Notes: a model not told the origin generated them from the sequence alone. A stretch of DNA of 64,000 bases from Dicyema japonicum (GCA_011109175.1 RDEW01000042.1:192504-256503); one strand, 5' to 3'. Shown: positions 1-12,660, counted from the first letter of the stretch. Program-made: numbers and translations.

Positions 1-1452
1 TGTCTTAGGATGTCCCCCGGAAACGGTTTTCCAGGACTTAGAAGTACTCATCCCCTGCGCTGTCCGAGGTGGGTCTTCAGTTGAATATAACGAAATGTGA
101 AATAACAAACTGGTCTTGCTGACGATGACTTCTCTTCAATTGTTCAAAAATTTTACTCCTTGTTTCCCGGTGGGATTTCGACCCCTGAAAATGAATTGAT
201 TTTTCTTGGATCCCCGATCACTAGTAATGCGATGAAGCATGTCCTCCTTGACAAAAAACGACTCCTATGCGATTCGCTGGAAAGATTACAGCTGCTGGAC
301 TTGCACACAGCACTATTCCTATTGAAAAGAAGTCTCAACATCCAGAGAATCTCCTATCTACTAAGGACAGCTCCATATTATTCTCAACTGGAGCTGCTCG
401 AGAATTTTGATTTGTCTCTCCTCAGCTCGACGGAGCAAATATTTAATGTCCGATTCGACGATGATACATGGATGCAGGCTACACTCCCAGTTAGATTCGG
501 GGGTCTTGGAATCCGTCGAACTTTGGACGTCTCACTTCCCGCTCATTTATCATCACTCACGGCCTGCGAACCTTTGGTCAGGAGGATTCTACACTCCCCA
601 CCCGAATTCTCAACTGACCAAGAGATAATCCACGCACGAGAAGCCTGGAATGCCACCAACCTCCCCCTGCCTCCTTCCCAAGATCGCCAGCGAAACCTGG
701 ACAACTTATTATGCTGGAAATCATTTGGACTCCTACTGGAATCTGCCAATCAGCACCGACGCGCTTGTTTGCTTTCGGGGGCTTCCCCTGAGAGCGGAGC
801 TTGGCTAAACGCCATCCCCAATGGAGCTTTGGGCACTTTTCTGGATGATGAATGCGTTAGAACTGGTATCTCTCTGCGGCTGGGACTAAAAGTATGTGTA
901 CCTCACCCGTGCCGATGTGGCATCCTGATAGACTGCTATGGCCTGCACCCTCTCGCCTGCAGGAGAAGCGTTGGCAGATCCCCAAGGCACAAGGCTCTGA
1001 ATGAAATTGTCAGGCGAGCTATGGATGCTGCTGGATACTCGGCCATTCTTGAACCGGTCGGGTTATGCAGAAGTGACGGGAAACGACCGGACGGGATGAC
1101 CATATTTCCATTTGAGGCCGGGAAACCACTGGTTTGGGTTGTGACATGTACAGACACGTTCGCCCAGAAAAATCTTCACGAAAGTGCTACAAGGGCCTGT
1201 TCAGCATCCGTAAAGGCGGAGAAGGCCAAACTCGTTAAATACGTCGACCTTCCCGATGATGTCAAATTTGTTCCCCTTGCTATGGAGACTACCGGATCCT
1301 ACTCCCCCTCTACACTCGAGTTTTTCGGACGTCTTGGAAACCGGATCACCTCATGCACTGGAGATCTCCGTGAACGCCGCTGGCTATTTGAGCGAATTTC
1401 GCTCGCAATTTTGAGAGGGAACAGCCACGCAGTGGGGGCGGCAACTACCTGA
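1..1452 (+). mobile_element. CRE-clade-like non-LTR retrotransposon (end of RT plus CCHC zinc motif and restriction-like endonuclease), cut by the window edge and probably inactive
   Basis: The 430-aa ORF 160-1452 contains ATLPVRFGGLGIR, CRCG..D.YGLHPLAC, RH..LN, DGKRPDG, AEKAKLVKY, FVPLAMETTG and RISLAILRGN. The upstream frame GLQLNITKCEI ends in a stop near 120. The usual WD(V/A)TC reads WVVTC. Confidence 0.9.
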
Positions 1453-1993
1453 CTTCTATTGTTTAAAAATTAATTTTAAAGCATAAAAAATTTAGATATT
1501 AAGTTTTATTATGTTTAAAAAGTCGTCCACTCGTTACTGCGGAGAACACTAAACGTCCCCTCAATCATGGAATACTTTACGGAACTTCACCGGGACTTCC
1601 TCAAGATGGCAAAGTCCCTTAACCATTTCCCGGACCGCACATCAGACTATAGGAGAAGAAACCTTCCCCGTTGAAAATTCATTTAACTAATCAACATTAT
1701 TTAGCTAGATTTCAATACAGGTAAATTTCGAATGACTTTTAAAATTATTTATTAAAACCAATTTAAAAATAGCCAATGAATGTGACTGTCACATTGCATT
1801 TTATTCGAAGACAGAAACAAAGACATTACTACAAATGCTTCCAAGAGACAGTGAGCATCACCACAAACGATGGTCAACCCAGTGTGTTAAATGCCTATAT
1901 TATTATGGGTATGTTAGATTACATTGAATAACATAAAGTAATAGTTAATAGGTACTTCAGTTACAGTAGTATTTATTTGCTGCTTATATTAAT

Positions 1994-2350
1994 TTAGTTA
2001 TTTTATTAACCCCGGATACACCGAGAAAGAAGTAACCAACTAATTAAGTGTATCCAGTTTCCACTTCTACAGAAACAGATTCCATCAGGAATAAGCATAA
2101 AAGGTAACACGTCCATTACATGCAGTTGTGGAAACCCCTCCAGTGGAGTGGGGGAGAGCAAATGATCCTTTTTCGTGCCGGCCTGGCACTGGGCGTCACC
2201 TAGACAGGTGGATCACATGACGCCACTCTAATAGGAAGAGAGAGGAGGAACAGACAAGCAAGCAGAAAACTTCAACCAATTAACCACGCAGCACCACATG
2301 GCGCACGCAGATATAGCTTGACACATGCACATGGCGCCAGAGGCTAATCT
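1994..2350 (-). mobile_element. Short non-autonomous (SINE-like, internally deleted) derivative of the Ingi/Vingi-like LINE, copy 1
   Basis: Homologous to 11150-11490. Its 3' end has GGATACAC...GTGTATCC-GGGGTTAATAAA like the LINE 3' ends. Its internal motif matches the LINE 5' region at 43608-43666. Candidate 10-bp TSD TTATATTAAT at 1984-1993 and 2351-2360. Confidence 0.8.
2163..2224 (-). ncRNA. Candidate HDV-like (nested double pseudoknot) structured RNA or ribozyme
   Basis: Minus strand GGCGTC-ATG-TGATCC-ACC-TGTCTA-GGT-GACGCC-CA-GTGCC-AGGCC-GGCAC-GAAAAA-GGATCA gives P1/P2/P3/P4 in HDV order, with covariation against 43608-43666. Confidence 0.55.
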
Positions 2351-2409
2351 TTATATTAATGACTTACCTTTATGTAATATTTATTATTTATTTAATTTAT
2401 TAATTAAAA

Positions 2410-3045
2410 GAAATACACTGGATTTGAACATTTATGGAGACTCTTTACCATCACAGATTCGTCCAACTATCCTGGGAGTGACATTTGACCCTTTGGTGAC
2501 AATTGCTCAACATGTGAAAAATGTTATGACAAAGGGTCTCAGGAAACTAAATATAATCAAACCGCTCTTAAAGTCCAGGCCGTCACGGGAATGCGCTGTC
2601 GTCTTGTTCAATCAACTTCTAAAACCAAAAGTAGAGTATGCTTGTGCCTCATGGGCATATAGAGCTTCAATATGCAATTCATTCAAGATCAACTCCTTAA
2701 CAGGCAAACTTGCACGTCTAACAAATCTACTCCCGATCTTTTCCCCCAATGCTTGACCACGCCGCAATCAAAAATAACGGCTCCTGCTTCATCGGTCTGT
2801 GTGGTCAAAAAACAAGTCGTTTCTTCCATTCAAGGCTAGAAGCCTCAAATACCCGAAATTTGGGGAGAAAACCCACCTTTCTTCAAACTCTAATGAAAGA
2901 TGATCGTCGTCTATTCAGGAAAGCTGTGGGTACTCTGGAGGAACATAGGAAAAACCTCTCGATCCTGTTGAGGCGTACCGGGATCACTTAATTAGTTGGT
3001 TTACTTCTTTTTTCTTGGTGTTCCCTTTTCTGGGTTATTAAATAA
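2410..3045 (+). mobile_element. 5'-truncated Ingi/Vingi-like LINE (RT C-terminal part)
   Basis: PTILGVTFDPL..HVKNV..KLNIIK and VEYACASW; the ORF ends ...RRTGIT*, followed by the 3' hairpin and A-rich tail. Close relative of 41390-43700. Confidence 0.85.
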
Positions 3046-3219
3046 ATGTCTTCATTATTGTGAAATTTGAAGATCATTATATCCCTTAAGAGAATACCAT
3101 GTATTTTATTTTCATAAGGTAGATTGTTTAGTACTAAGTCTATTTAAAAGGTGTCGTGTTAATCAAAAAATTTATGGAGTTTGTCTTACAGACTTTAATG
3201 TAAGACTCTTACAATAATT

Positions 3220-4003
3220 CAGTGTTTCTTAACCTTTTTTGACCGGGGACCACATGTAACAAAACAATTTAATAAAAAAAACTAACAAAATTAAAAACTG
3301 GTCATGAATAGATTCCATGTCGACAAACGAACGAATGCAACCAACTATGTTATATGGGTAGATTCATCCAATTGTATACTAATTCTGCATGGGCTTTATT
3401 TTCATAACAAGTTGTTCCAAAACATTACATGTCTCGTATTCGATTCTTAATCGTGTCATTAGATAAAGGTACATTTTTAAATTTTTGCATCTTCATCGAT
3501 ATTTGTCAATGGTTTTATTAAATTTTCTCCAGAAGAGTGGGATACTTTGGTAATAATTAAGGATATCTAAAATAAATGCTTTAATTATTAATACCTCAAG
3601 TGAAGCTAGCAGACATGGTTTATCTATTGGTCTAAATCCGAAATTACTAATTTTTCCAGATTTATCATATTTAGTTCTCTTTGCAATAAAACTTTCGACA
3701 GTGTCAACATTTGTGGCTGAGTTTTTTCCTTATATCTTTTTAATTGTTGTTTCCCATTATGACGTCGCATATCATACACTGCGCTTTATCGACGTTGTCA
3801 GATCCAGTATATTGGGTAAATCCATATTGGACATAGAATCAATCCATTTGCAATTAACCATTACAATCAAATCACAAATAAACACGTGGAATAAAATTAA
3901 TTAAATATCATAATGCGAATAAATAATAAAAAATTAAATAATTTTTTTAGTCAAAAATTAATTGACCTAAAAATATTTCTGGGGACCACGTTAAGAAACA
4001 CTG
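3220..4003 (-). mobile_element. Internally deleted hAT (Buster/Charlie-type) DNA transposon with transposase remnant
   Basis: Perfect 14-bp TIRs CAGTGTTTCTTAAC (3220-3233 and 3990-4003) and a degenerate NNNTANNN TSD. Minus-strand remnants YVQYGFT..DKAQCMIC, ASLE|IS, GENLIKP, VPLSNDTIKNRIRDM and ISIQLDEST. Confidence 0.9.
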
Positions 4004-4179
4004 CTCTAATGGAAACCACCTTTGTACAGTAAATTGCTAATCGTTAGAAGGCTTTGATAAGTTTATTCCCATTAGTTGCCTTTAATATTTTGTACTACAT
4101 TTCCATATATTAGCGGTGGGCCTTAATTTACGAAATTTATCAGATTTGCGTGTTTTTTATCATTAAAACAATTTTTCTC

Positions 4180-4570
4180 TTGGAGATATTGTCAGTTCTG
4201 TCACGAGAATGTAGTATACTCTTACTATAACACGTGCAAGTGAATTATTCATAACAAATTGAGTTAAGTTTGGAGATAGTATTGCAGACAAATAAGAATA
4301 TTTGCCAGACTTACTATTAATAAACATTTCTCTTGATGATTGATTCAATGTCCTCTATTTGATTCGGTTTGTTGTGAACGAAAAGCCTCTGGTAAAGCAT
4401 TATGAATCAACCATTACTGAAGAAGATCCTTTCGTTTATAAAACACAACCCAAACGAGCTTGTGTAGGATCGAGGTGGAGCATTGTGCCAAGCTGATAGC
4501 TTGGATTAACTTATCCAGATCACTTATTGTTTTTTTCTGTTTAACAGTGGTCTTTGAATAAAAAATTAAA
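4180..4570 (+). mobile_element. Decayed 3' end of Ingi/Vingi-like LINE
   Basis: Similar to 43990-44510 (acgagcttgtgtag..tc.agg..gagcat..agcttggattaa). Hairpin AGATCACT...AGTGGTCT followed by AATAAA. Confidence 0.7.
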
Positions 4571-4989
4571 TTTAAAAACAAATATAATCACGATAGTGAT
4601 TGTTCATCCAAACAGAAGGAGACCAAACGAAGCAATGCCTCAGCATAACAACTGATTTGTTTTCTCGACATAAATTCTTGTACTTTTTAATGTATATACT
4701 TTTACCAACAAAAACGAGCCCATTTATTCTTGTAGTTCCGAATTGAGACTTTCCTCTTTCTCGTAAAAGAATCCCCATATGTCTTAGCACCCATCTTTCT
4801 TACTCACTAACCCAACTGATCGGTAGAGTTTTTTTGATTTAAGTTCGCCAAATTCTAAAATTTGCCACTGACATATTTGTATAGAACTTAAAGCCTGGTC
4901 TGGTTAGATGTAATCCCTTTTGAAGTATTCTTGCGAATCTTCACGACTTTCACTCATTGTTATCTACAGCATTCACGTATTTGTTTTTT

Positions 4990-5950
4990 ATTACAAACAT
5001 TCTCATAAAGATGTTATATATGTCTACACACTCTGGAAAACTACTTACGACATTCAACCTCAGAGGCATTTCCTCTTTATTACCAAAAACACAGTTGACC
5101 GAAGACTTAGTAGTTGTGGAGTTTCAGTCACATGTCTTCGAGAGACTAAGCTAAATAAAGATGGAGGATACTTTTACTTAACCACATTGTTTTGTGTTGA
5201 CGCTATGTACTACAATTAAGGGAATATGTTCTGACAATTATTAAATCACAAATGGGTATAGCAATGAAATACCCTCAGTGAAGAGTCCTTCTGACACCAC
5301 ACAGTTTTTGAAAGGGATCTTCCTACTTCTCCCTGACCAACTTCACAGATGAAGATTACCATTATAATAAACTTTTCGCCTAAGAATGAAGTGATGTACG
5401 GACAGTAAAATGTGTGATGAAAATTGAAGAGGGTGGACCTATTTCTCCACTTCTCTTCTCGGAAACCTATAATGGACTATTGGAGGATGGATTTGGTCTG
5501 CTGACATTAAGGGTACTCAGAAGGGATAAAACAAGCTGTGGAACAAAAAGAGAACTATTTAAAAAATAAAGCAATGATAGTCTGAAATCAGAAAACCTCA
5601 GAGGTTTATGTTTCATGAGAGGTGCTAAAATAGATTTTTTATTTAGAAAATTTATCATTCTTTTCACATCCGACGATAGCCACGGTTCCAAAAATACGAA
5701 CACATGGAAATAGTATCTGGATGACATTGGGAGGAAAAATAACGTTGATAATTTATGTCAGAGGACTCACTTCAAACATTAACCGAGAGACTTTATCCAT
5801 GGATTTTCTCGATGAACTGCGGAGACGTGCTATGAGGAAAGTTGCACGGAGAAAACTGGTAGAACGAATAGTGAAGAGCGTGGTACAAGTGGAACCCTTG
5901 TATGCTTATGAGTGACATGAGAATGCATTTAACTAACTTATATCTTCTGC
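4990..5950 (+). mobile_element. Decayed RTE LINE fragments (endonuclease N-terminus and C-terminal end)
   Basis: TFNLRG..CLRETKL matches the N-terminus of the intact RTE (TFNARG..CLQETKL). LDELRRRA..RKLVERIV matches its C-terminus. The 3' end is similar to 11540-11690. Confidence 0.65.
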
Positions 5951-6129
5951 GTGTTGACTGTTAGACCGAGGTTAAACAGAGTACAGCTGTGTTCCTCTAA
6001 GCTTCAACCCCTCTACCAATCGTTCCATCACAGGTCATCGTAATCATCTGAATAATACTGTCAATAATCAACGTAAAGAGAAGTGGACTCAAAAGACCCG
6101 TTTGTTATGTAGAATGAAGTAGTTGACTA

Positions 6130-7500
6130 CGTGCTCCATAAAAATAGAGAACTTAGTGACACGTAGGCAAGGTCTACCAATTTAATGATTTAACTCTTCG
6201 GAGAGAAATCTCTAAGATTCGGACTCTTCTTAGCAATTTGAAAGCATCGATACTCATCTTGAATTTTTTTATATTGGGTTGTTTCAAACAAGAAAGGAAA
6301 GATTGAATGACCGTTTCACATCCGTGAAGAACATCAACTCTAAATCTTCCTCTATTAGTTCTTGGTCTATGCTTCTCCCTTGGTCTTTGGTACCAAGAGT
6401 CAGTCAATGGTTCCGGCAACTAGATATCGATTAACAAAAGAAAGAATCGATTATACCTGATTGTTTCGATGATATTCCCTTTGATCTGGAGCTGAGAAGA
6501 CCATGAATACGTCCAGACAATAAACTTATCCAGTCCTCTGGGTGTCCTGAAGTAATCGTCGCTTAATCAGGCCAGGGTTCTGGTTATGACAGATTCCTGA
6601 ATAGGTACTGGAATTTTTTTTAACATTCATTAAACATTTAAATTTTCTTCATTTATTATTTTTTAATTAAAATAAAATATAATTATTAGATAAGAAAACA
6701 AATCAAGCAACAGATTCCAAGGAACAGTGAGCATTGACGCCAACGAATGCTATTCAAAGATTAAGCGGATTCAATCCTGTCCTGTGGATGGATCCCAATC
6801 TCTCGAAACACACCTCTGATGACAGGCCAGAGATACCAAAGTCTTAAATGCATTGGGACAAAACGGAAACTGTCTTTTAGCGCATGATATTTTCTCTCCC
6901 ATTCTGTTAGGGTTTTATAGTAAGACTTTATGAAGGAATACCTTGTAGTTTTGTGCAAAATCTCTGACGACATAGTTGAACAAATGAAATGAACAAAGAC
7001 TCAAACCCTCGTCACCGGAAAAAGCTTCAAAGAAAAACGATTCACGTACTTCTGTGATCTTCTGTGGTAAATTTATATTTGAAACTTGGCGACAAAAACA
7101 AAATCTGGGTGGGACGTAAAGAATCTCTGCCTTCGAAATATCTAACGTCATCTAGATACCATACAAAGAACGGGGAACCCACATTGCGTTCTGCATCATT
7201 ACAGTAAGTTCAAAAAGAAGTGATCCAAGGGTATTTCTAAAAAACAGTATGAGAACGGACAATATTGTCTACGAAGACAAGTGTGCTGTTCGAACCAACG
7301 CCAGTGCAACCAGTTTTAAAATCTCAGATACCAGGCTAGCGCAAGCTTCAATGAACCAATCAAATCTGACTATGTTAGAGATATCCAATATAGAAAAATA
7401 AGGATCTAGATTATCTGAGGGCGGATGCGAGAAACAGGGGATGAAACGACTACAGCGCGTATTCAGAGATGCATGGCAAAAGTGAAATTTCAAATTAGTT
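6130..7500 (-). mobile_element. Heavily decayed CRE-like retrotransposon fragments
   Basis: Minus-strand remnants GCETVI, LGSLLFEL..SPFFVWYLDD (CRE-type RT motif) and a terminal NAHCSL-like segment. Confidence 0.55.
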
Positions 7501-9114
7501 AACAGGTTTGGAGGACATTGCTAATAATAAATGTTACATAATATTTATATTTGTTTGTTTTTCCTCAACAGACTTAAAGTTCGAATCTTCATGTGTTAAA
7601 AAATTCTGGTCTCCTCATTGATGTAACTTTTATTCTCTTCGTCGCGGAACTCTACAGATTTCTCAAACATTCATCCTAACTTTTTCAAAAGGATCAGTAA
7701 TTTTTCCATGTGAGTCTCGTAATCGATTTTGATTATTCGAGTGTGTTTATCTCCCACTCCAATGAAGTAATAGCCATGCATTCAAAACTGCGGCCTTAAC
7801 TTTAATTATTGACTTATAGAGTCGCCGGTTCTATTCGCAAGAGTCATGGGGTAGTTAGTCTCAACATCGAGATGGATAACCTTAGTAGAGTCTTCGTGGA
7901 AGTTGATTTAAAAACATTGATCTTATTTACATTTGTGCAGGTATTCCCTGTGCAACCATAGCATACTGATTTACGTTGTATGTGTTATATAGTAGGCTTA
8001 ACGTCCAGTGGCAAAAGAAGTTCTGTTTTGCTGGGAAGGGTAGATGACGTTGTTAAAATGTTTATTTAATGTCATGAGGGACTCGTACGTTTACCCAATA
8101 ACTTGACAGAGCTTGTGGAAGGGATTAAATATCCATTAAGGGTTCAGAGCGTTGCAGAGTCAATTAGTCTTTCATTTGAAGTAAAAATCATTGTGTATGA
8201 AATTGGGCTTGTCCATAATAGGTTACTCATAAACCAACTGCTCACGTGGTCTAATATATCTCGTGAACGGACAGCCGCAGCGTAAACACCTTGGTCTCTT
8301 GCTTTGATGATTATATCGTCAGATACTATTTGGTAATACTGTCCTCTGTTCCGTCATTTTCCTATCACTAACGACAATAGTCATTAATGACACTTTGTCG
8401 ATCAAAAACGAAAATAGTCAATCAACAACGACAGAAAAAATTAATTCGTACAGCAAAGTGCGAATCGAACACACCGTTAATTAAGATGAGGGTGCGCCGC
8501 CTAACGAGTAGGCAACCTTGTTGGGAGAAACGATAAGGCCATAGTTTCCTATTACATACCAATTTACATATTTCATCCGCGTAGATATTATTTTATGGTT
8601 TATTAATGTGAATGTTAACATTTAAAAACTTTCCTTATATATTCTCAACTATGATTTTTATATAAAATGGTGTTATAGAGTACTTTAAGAGATGTACTTA
8701 TAACAACACTTTTGATCATTTTGAAGTTGTTGAGAAATATGCTTTATAACTTATAAAGTTTAAATTTTAATAAGAATTTTATATTTATTACGATACACAA
8801 TTAAAAATTAAGAAATGTTTTAATTTGTAATCGGCTCTGATTGAGCACATACTTGGTATTTTCATGGTCGAGGATTTCTCCCCTCTTTGTCTTTTTGATG
8901 GAATCTATTTGATTTTAGAGACAACCAGTGCCTTGCCACCATCTAAAAAAGATCTCTTCTTTAAGGTCTCGGTTTTAAAAATTTGATAACTCAATCTGGT
9001 TGAGGCCCTTGATTACTACCATAAACAACAAAACATAGATTCTTATAAACCATAATTCTATACGTAATTGCTAGGATGATTTTGGTTACCAATCCCTTCC
9101 ACCTTCCTCACATC

Positions 9115-9225
9115 GACCCTAGACTCCTAAGATGACCCTCAGTGCTTACTCTTCAGAGTGACCTTGATAGAAGACTCCTAAAATGACCCTCACAGCTTTC
9201 TCCACCAGAGCGACCTTGATATAAT
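9115..9225. repeat. Degenerate tandem duplication (about 52-bp unit x2)
   Basis: agactcctaa(g/a)atgaccctca...cagag(t/c)gaccttgata occurs twice. Confidence 0.75.
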
Positions 9226-9378
9226 ACAAAATAGTAAATCTATAATCAACAAGTGTTTTGTGGTAAATAACTCAAAAATCAGCAAATTTGCATTTTTGCA
9301 ATGAGTAATAAAAAATCGACACATTACTAATAGAATTAGTCTATAAAAATAAGTTGGCGTTTTTTGTCAAATTAAGGA

Positions 9379-9947
9379 ATGAACTGCAAAAATAAAATTT
9401 TAAAATATAATGAAATCCTAAATGAGCATATAAAGTTAATAAGAGCCTTCAATGTGGTCACATGCATAATATTCATAGTGAGTGCCCTTTTTTTAGTTTT
9501 AGACAATGTTCCTCACTATATTTGGATGTTCTGTCAAGTATACCATTCAAAACATGCCTCTTCTCATTGTCTACGAGGCTCAGAGCAGAATGGAGGCCAG
9601 CATACTATGGTCGTGCACTGTCGCCTTTGGATTTTTTACTGTCCTGAATTGCTGTGCTGTGTTTTACAATTGGAAGTGCTTATTAAAAATTGTATACATA
9701 ATTTTGTGATTTTAGTATCTCTTCATATTTGTGTTGTCCCTCGTTATATTCCCATCAGTTTATTGGACAATCTCAACAAAGTCTAAGATCGTCTCAAAAA
9801 TGAAAGACACAATAAATTGGTTGGTCAATGAAAAGCCCCAGGATTCGTGATCTCCCTTGTATTTATGAAATATTTAATAATAAAAATTATTGTACCAAAA
9901 TGAGTAATTTTACTATGAATAATTTTTTGTCAAAAATTCATTATTAA
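9379..9947 (+). CDS. Tetraspanin-like multi-pass membrane protein (divergent, apparently C-terminally short)
   Basis: Removing GT-AG introns 9478-9502 (25 nt), 9692-9715 (24 nt) and 9820-9841 (22 nt) gives one frame: LIRAFNVVTCIIFI|TMFLTIFGC...FGFFTVLNCCAVFYNWKCLLKI|YLFIFVLSLVIF. This resembles the tetraspanin TM2-TM3 GCCGA..E..CLL..Y pattern. Confidence 0.5.
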
Positions 9948-11149
9948 TAATAATAAAATCAATTTATCGACAAAAGTAAGTTATCCTTGATTGCCTATTC
10001 TCGTGGACGAGGTGGGGGACTCATGGGACATTGAAACCCTAGTTTTAACACAAAATGATGGATGAAATAGGTATCCTGGTACAAATTCAGATCTCCCCCA
10101 ACTAAAAGAATTTTGTGGATCATATGACGTAAGCTAATGTGATAAAGTATATACTGGTAATATATTCTTATGATAACCACGTATCCTACATCCACTGATG
10201 ATCATATTTTCCTAGGGAATTCCACTATTGAACACTCGCCTCAGAGACGGGACTTCATGTGAGATGAACCGCACAACCGTTCTCATTACCAAGGTCTTGG
10301 AGCGCATAGTGTCTTCCAGCGAGAACTTTTGAGAATTCCAATTAATAAGAACTGAAGTCATTGATTACTAGATTCGTACTCCAGGCTGCTTAACTCTAGC
10401 CGATGGTTGGTTCAATGTACTGAGTAAATAAAGAATCTAGCATCGAGGTGAAAGAACTTCTGTATTATCCAAATAGCAAGTTGTAATTTATTTAACACGT
10501 GGACAATACATCGCTCGCTTGTTGGATTTTCGGCTACGGGGGAGCAACCAGTTCGATCCTGTACCCACAATTAACAAAAGCATCTAACGTCTCTGGTGCT
10601 CCGTTGTACCCTCCGCTGCACGTAAGCACCTCCCTTCGTGCTAGGATGAATAAGTGAAATAGACAGAGTATGCCTTCATAGCAAAAACTGTGGAATATGG
10701 CTCCACGTTAAAGGTTGTAACTTCAAAAATTAGAAGGGTCGATCTATAGATTTGTATTGCTCAGCATGCGAATAGTTGGCATAATGAATTTGATGGAACG
10801 ACTCCGACAGCTCGAAGTAATACTCCATACCTGCAACTATTGTTGACTTGGTGGAACATGGGTTCTGACAGCGTGTTCAACTATAAATCTAAATTTGCAC
10901 CCATTTCATAAAATATAGTACCTCATCTATGTAAACTAACCTTTGGGACAGTTTGATATTTATTTTCTTAAAAGGTACATAGAATCCAAGAAGATAATTC
11001 TGCTAAATTTTGCTGTATTACCCTTATTTTATCAGATATTCTTTATTTAGCCCCACAAGACGTATTTCTTTATTTTTATTTATTTAAATAATTTTGAGCA
11101 TTAACTGTCATTTATAAAAAAATATTGTATTTTTTAAATCCAACCTTGT

Positions 11150-11490
11150 CGAAGAATTTTCGCCGCGTGGCGTTATGTGGTGCTACGTGGCTAATTGGTT
11201 GAAGTTTGCTTGTCTTGTCTGTTCCTCCCCCTTTCTTACTAGAATGGTTTCATGTGATCCATCTGTCTAGGTGGCGCCCAGCATTAGGCTGGCACTAAAA
11301 AGGATCATTTTCTCTGCTCCGCTCCACTGGATGGGTTTCTACAATTGCATGGCATGGACGTCTTTTACTTTCTATGCTGGTTTCGGATGGACCTGTGTGA
11401 CGTTGAACGATTATTTCTTTAACATGGAGACTGGATACACTTAATTATTAATTTTTTTCTCGGTATATCGAGGGTCAATTTATTATTGTT
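11150..11490 (+). mobile_element. Short non-autonomous Ingi/Vingi-derived element, copy 2
   Basis: Colinear with the reverse complement of 1994-2350. The pseudoknot motif lies at 11246-11307 (CTAA variant), and the 3' hairpin is GGATACAC...GTATATC. Confidence 0.8.
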
Positions 11491-11539
11491 ATTTTGGTTG
11501 AGTGGTTGACACCTCTCAAAAATGTCTTTATCGTACTCT

Positions 11540-12660
11540 TAGTCTGTCTATTCTACCCCGTGATGACCTCGAGAACTGCGGAGATGTGCAAAAGAAAGCT
11601 AAATAGAGAAAACTGGTAGAAAGGATTGTGAGAAGCACTGCAAAAGTGGAACCCTAAGTATTCATATGCTTATGGGTAACATGGGAGTACATCTCAGAAC
11701 ACCAAGGTATTAGCCGTCACTTAGTGATTTCTTAGATCGTGGTTAAGTATTTCTGGAACCATAAGAGGACGTTTACGGAATTTCTCCCCAGATATTGCAA
11801 AGTAATCCACCATGGTGACATTTGCTGCCATGCTTAGGTTCATTTTCAGGATGTGCCCAAACAGATTCCAACGTGCCTCCGTGACTGACACTCCAATGGG
11901 TCCCTCGAGGCATCTTTTGTATAATGCTTCACTCATTTCAGCTCAAGGAGAGTAATCTTCTATGAGTAAACCCTTTCTTTTCGAGATTACCCTTGTGCTC
12001 TAATTATAGATGAGAATCGGCTTCACAAAGGTTTCATACAGTCTGAGACGAAGAGTGAGGCAAACATGACGTCTTCCTATCCATTCGTCGGTTAATTTAG
12101 TCGGAATCTTTAGAAACCAAATATTTTAGATTTCTGCATCTTCGGATTCTACGAGATTCCATCAGTTTGATCTCGACTGTCTTTGTGGTGTCCATGGATA
12201 TGAACTATTTGCATATATGACCTGAAGCTTCCTCAAGAAGATACCATAGTGCTTCCAAGTCATTCGAGACAAATTCCACGTCGTCAGCGTACATAATTTC
12301 CACAACATTATTGCCTATAACTTTCTGAGATCGGGAAGAGCCGATTCCCAATAAACAACGAATAGTAACGGAAATAGAAAATATCATTTCCCAGGATAGG
12401 GTAATTCCAATGCGAACCCTCAACATCGTTTTGGAAATTAGAGTTTGTATCAAGATGACTGAGTCACTATTCAGAAATCTTTGAATTATTTCAATCAATT
12501 TTCCACGTAGTGCAGTGTCAAAAGCTCTGGTCAGATCTCTTAGCACTTCAAAATCTTTGCTGAATAGCACAATGGCATCTATGGCACCATCGTTGACCCT
12601 CCTGTTCAGAAGCCACTATGATGGGCCAGATATTCTCTTGGTCCCGGTTTAGAATGATTT
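11540..12660. mobile_element. Two decayed RTE LINE pieces, tail to tail (11540-11690 plus strand; 11700-12660 minus strand)
   Basis: DLTRAFDTALRGKLIE, IMYADDVEFVS and ARWNLFGHILK..AN..M.DYF match the intact RTE at 29469. Confidence 0.85.
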
